From Nemertoderma westbladi (lineage: Eukaryota > Animalia > Xenacoelomorpha), in NCBI GenBank assembly GCA_032718475.1, contig JAUCBJ010007299.1, forward strand, positions 1 to 64,000: a stretch of DNA of 64,000 nucleotides, in the 5' to 3' direction. Below the pieces are notes generated by a model. That model saw only the letters and a list, made by a program, of their open reading frames with translations. It did not search any database and was not told the DNA's origin. Positions 61,350-64,000 of this stretch are shown piece after piece. Position 1 is the stretch's first letter, and the number at the start of each line of letters is the position of its first letter. Position numbers and translations under genes: made by a program.

Positions 61350-63656
61350 TCCCATAAACTACGTCGTTTTCAGATAACATTCGTTATAGTTCAAATAACG
61401 ATCGTTATTGTTCGCATAAACTACATTATTGTTCAGATAACACTCGTTATAGTTCAAATGACGATCGTTATTGTTCAGATAACGCACGTTATTGTTCGCA
61501 TAAACTACGTTATTGTTCAGATAACGCACGTTATAGTTCAAATAACGATCGTTATTGTTCGCATAAACTACGTTGTTGTTCAGATAACACTCGTTATTGT
61601 TCGCAGAAACTACGTTATTGTTCAGTTAACGCACGTTATTGTTCAAATAACGATCGTTATTGTTCGCATAAACTACGTTATTGTTCGCATAAACTACGTT
61701 ATTGTTCAGATAACACTCGTTATAGTTCAAATAACGATCGTTATTGTTCGCATAAACTACGCTATTGTTCAGATAACGCACGTTATTGTTCAGATAACGC
61801 ACGTTATTGTTCAAATAACGATCGTTATTGTTCAGATAACGCACGTTATAGTTCAAATAACGATCGTTATTGTTCGCATAAACTACGTTGTTGTTCAGAT
61901 AACACTCGTTATTGTTCGCAGAAACTACGTTATTGTTCAGATAACGCACGTTATTGTTCAAATAACGATCGTTATTGTTCGCATAAACTACGTTATTGTT
62001 CGCATAAACTACGTTGTTGTTCAGATAACATTCGTTATAGTTCAAATAACGATCGTTATTGTTCAGATAACGCACGTTATTGTTCAAATAACGATCGTTA
62101 TTGTTCAGATAACGCACGTTATTGTTCAAATAACGATCGTTATTGTTCGCATAAACTACGTTGTTGTTCAGATAACACTCGTTATTGTTCGCATAAACTA
62201 CGTTATTGTTCAGATAACACTCGTTATAGTTCAAATAACGATCGTTATTGTTCGCATAAACTACGCTATTGTTCAGATAACGCACGTTATTGTTCAGATA
62301 ACGCACGTTATTGTTCAAATAACGATCGTTATTGTTCGCATAAACTACGTTGTTGTTCAGATAACACTCGTTATTGTTCGCAGAAACTACGTTATTGTTC
62401 AGTTAACGCACGTTATTGTTCAAATAACGATCGTTATTGTTCGCATAAACTACGTTATTGTTCGCATAAACTACGTTATTGTTCAGATAACACTCGTTAT
62501 AGTTCAAATAACGATCGTTATTGTTCGCATAAACTACGCTATTGTTCAGATAACGCACGTTATTGTTCAGATAACGCACGTTATTGTTCAAATAACGATC
62601 GTTATTGTTCAGATAACGCACGTTATAGTTCAAATAACGATCGTTATTGTTCGCATAAACTACGTTGTTGTTCAGATAACACTCGTTATTGTTCGCAGAA
62701 ACTACGTTATTGTTCAGATAACGCACGTTATTGTTCAGATAACGCACGTTATTGTTCAGATAACGCACGTTATTGTTCAGATAACGCACGTTATTGTTCA
62801 GATAACGCACGTTATTGTTCAGATAACGCACGTTATTGTTCAGATAACGCACGTTATTGTTCAGATAACGCACGTTATTGTTCAGATAACGCACGTTATT
62901 GTTCAAATAACGATCGTTATTGTTCAGATAACGCACGTTATTGTTCAGATAACGCACGTTATTGTTCAAATAACGATCGTATATTGTTCAGATAACGCCC
63001 GTTATTGTTCAGATAATGCACGTTACTGTTCAGATAACGCACGTTATTGTTCAGATAACGCACGTTATTGTTCAGATAACGCACGTTATTGTTCAGATAA
63101 CGCACGTTATTGTTCAGATAACGCACGTTATTGTTCAAATAACGATCGTTATTGTTCAGATAACGCACGTTATTGTTCAGATAACGCACGTTATTGTTCA
63201 GATAACGCACGTTATTGTTCAGATAACGCACGTTATTGTTCAGATAACGCACGTTATTGTTCAGATAACGCACGTTATTGTTCAGATAACGCACGTTATT
63301 GTTCAGATAACGCACGTTATTGTTCAGATAACGCACGTTATTGTTCAGATAACGCACGTTATTGTTCAGATAACGCACGTTATTGTTCAGATAACGCACG
63401 TTATTGTTCTGATAACGCACGTTATTGTTCAGATAACGACGTTATTGTTCAGATAACGCACGTTATTGTTCAAATAACGATCGTTATTGTTCAGATAACG
63501 CACGTTATTGTTCAGATAACGCACGTTATTGTTCTGATAACGCACGTTATTGTTCAGATAACGCACGTTATTGTTCTGATAACGCACGTTATTATTCAGA
63601 TAACGCACGTTATTGTTCTGATAACGCACGTTATTGTTCAGATAACGACGTTATTC
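61350..63656. repeat. 21-bp satellite (gttattgttcagataacgcac), about 110 copies
   Basis: Direct inspection. Variant monomers in the 5' two-thirds, homogeneous 3' part. Confidence 0.97.
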
Positions 63657-64000
63657 CAATAAATGTTGAGTTTTTCTAATGTTTTGACTAATTATTTACA
63701 AAGGTCGGACCCGATACTTATTATTGAGTACAGACAATATGTGTACCCAACCCATCCGTAATATTGGGTACAGACATGTGTACCCAACCCATCCGTATTA
63801 TTGGGTACAGACACACATGTGTGTACCCAGTACCGTGTTGCCAACAGATGTGTCATTTGGAGTTTGTGCGGATTGAAATTCATTCTTATATTATTTTTAT
63901 AATTATTTAGGCGGTCGTCACCTTATGTTAAATTAGCCACCCAGCTAGATATTGGTACAGACAGATATTTCTGAAATTATTATTTTAGTATTTAGTTTTA

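Noticed and set aside
61260-63662. 800-aa ORF and overlapping minus-strand ORFs; CRISPR-like look
   Set aside because: These are translations of a stop-free 21-bp satellite. There are no unique spacers and no cas genes.

Overview
AT-rich animal-type nuclear DNA. A minus-strand SLC1A (EAAT-family) transporter gene has four coding exons between 42601 and 5961. Its introns carry three young BEL/Pao LTR retrotransposons. Element A (<1-5764, minus) lies in intron 4. Element C (10823-40712, minus, non-autonomous) lies in intron 1. Element B (13340-31145, plus, same family as A) is nested inside C. The right third holds an orphan repeat-motif ORF, satellites, MITEs, LINE and Gypsy relics, and an intronless TBCCD1 gene. 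Two observations stand out. (1) The gag of B is interrupted by a 1223-nt insertion (18301-19523) that is absent from sister copy A. By hand it folds into a complete group I intron: P1 with a U.G splice-site pair, P3-P8 core, G-binding site and terminal G. Excising it rejoins the gag frame exactly. (2) Neither BEL family has a tRNA primer-binding site. In both, the 11-12 nt abutting the 5' LTR are perfectly complementary to a segment inside the element's own LTR, which suggests Tf1-like self-priming. Family A/B also has TA...TA LTR termini, a tRNA-like Pol III cassette in U3, a dispersed 17-nt motif and an extra zinc-knuckle ORF. All analysis was by eye; no searches or folding programs were run.
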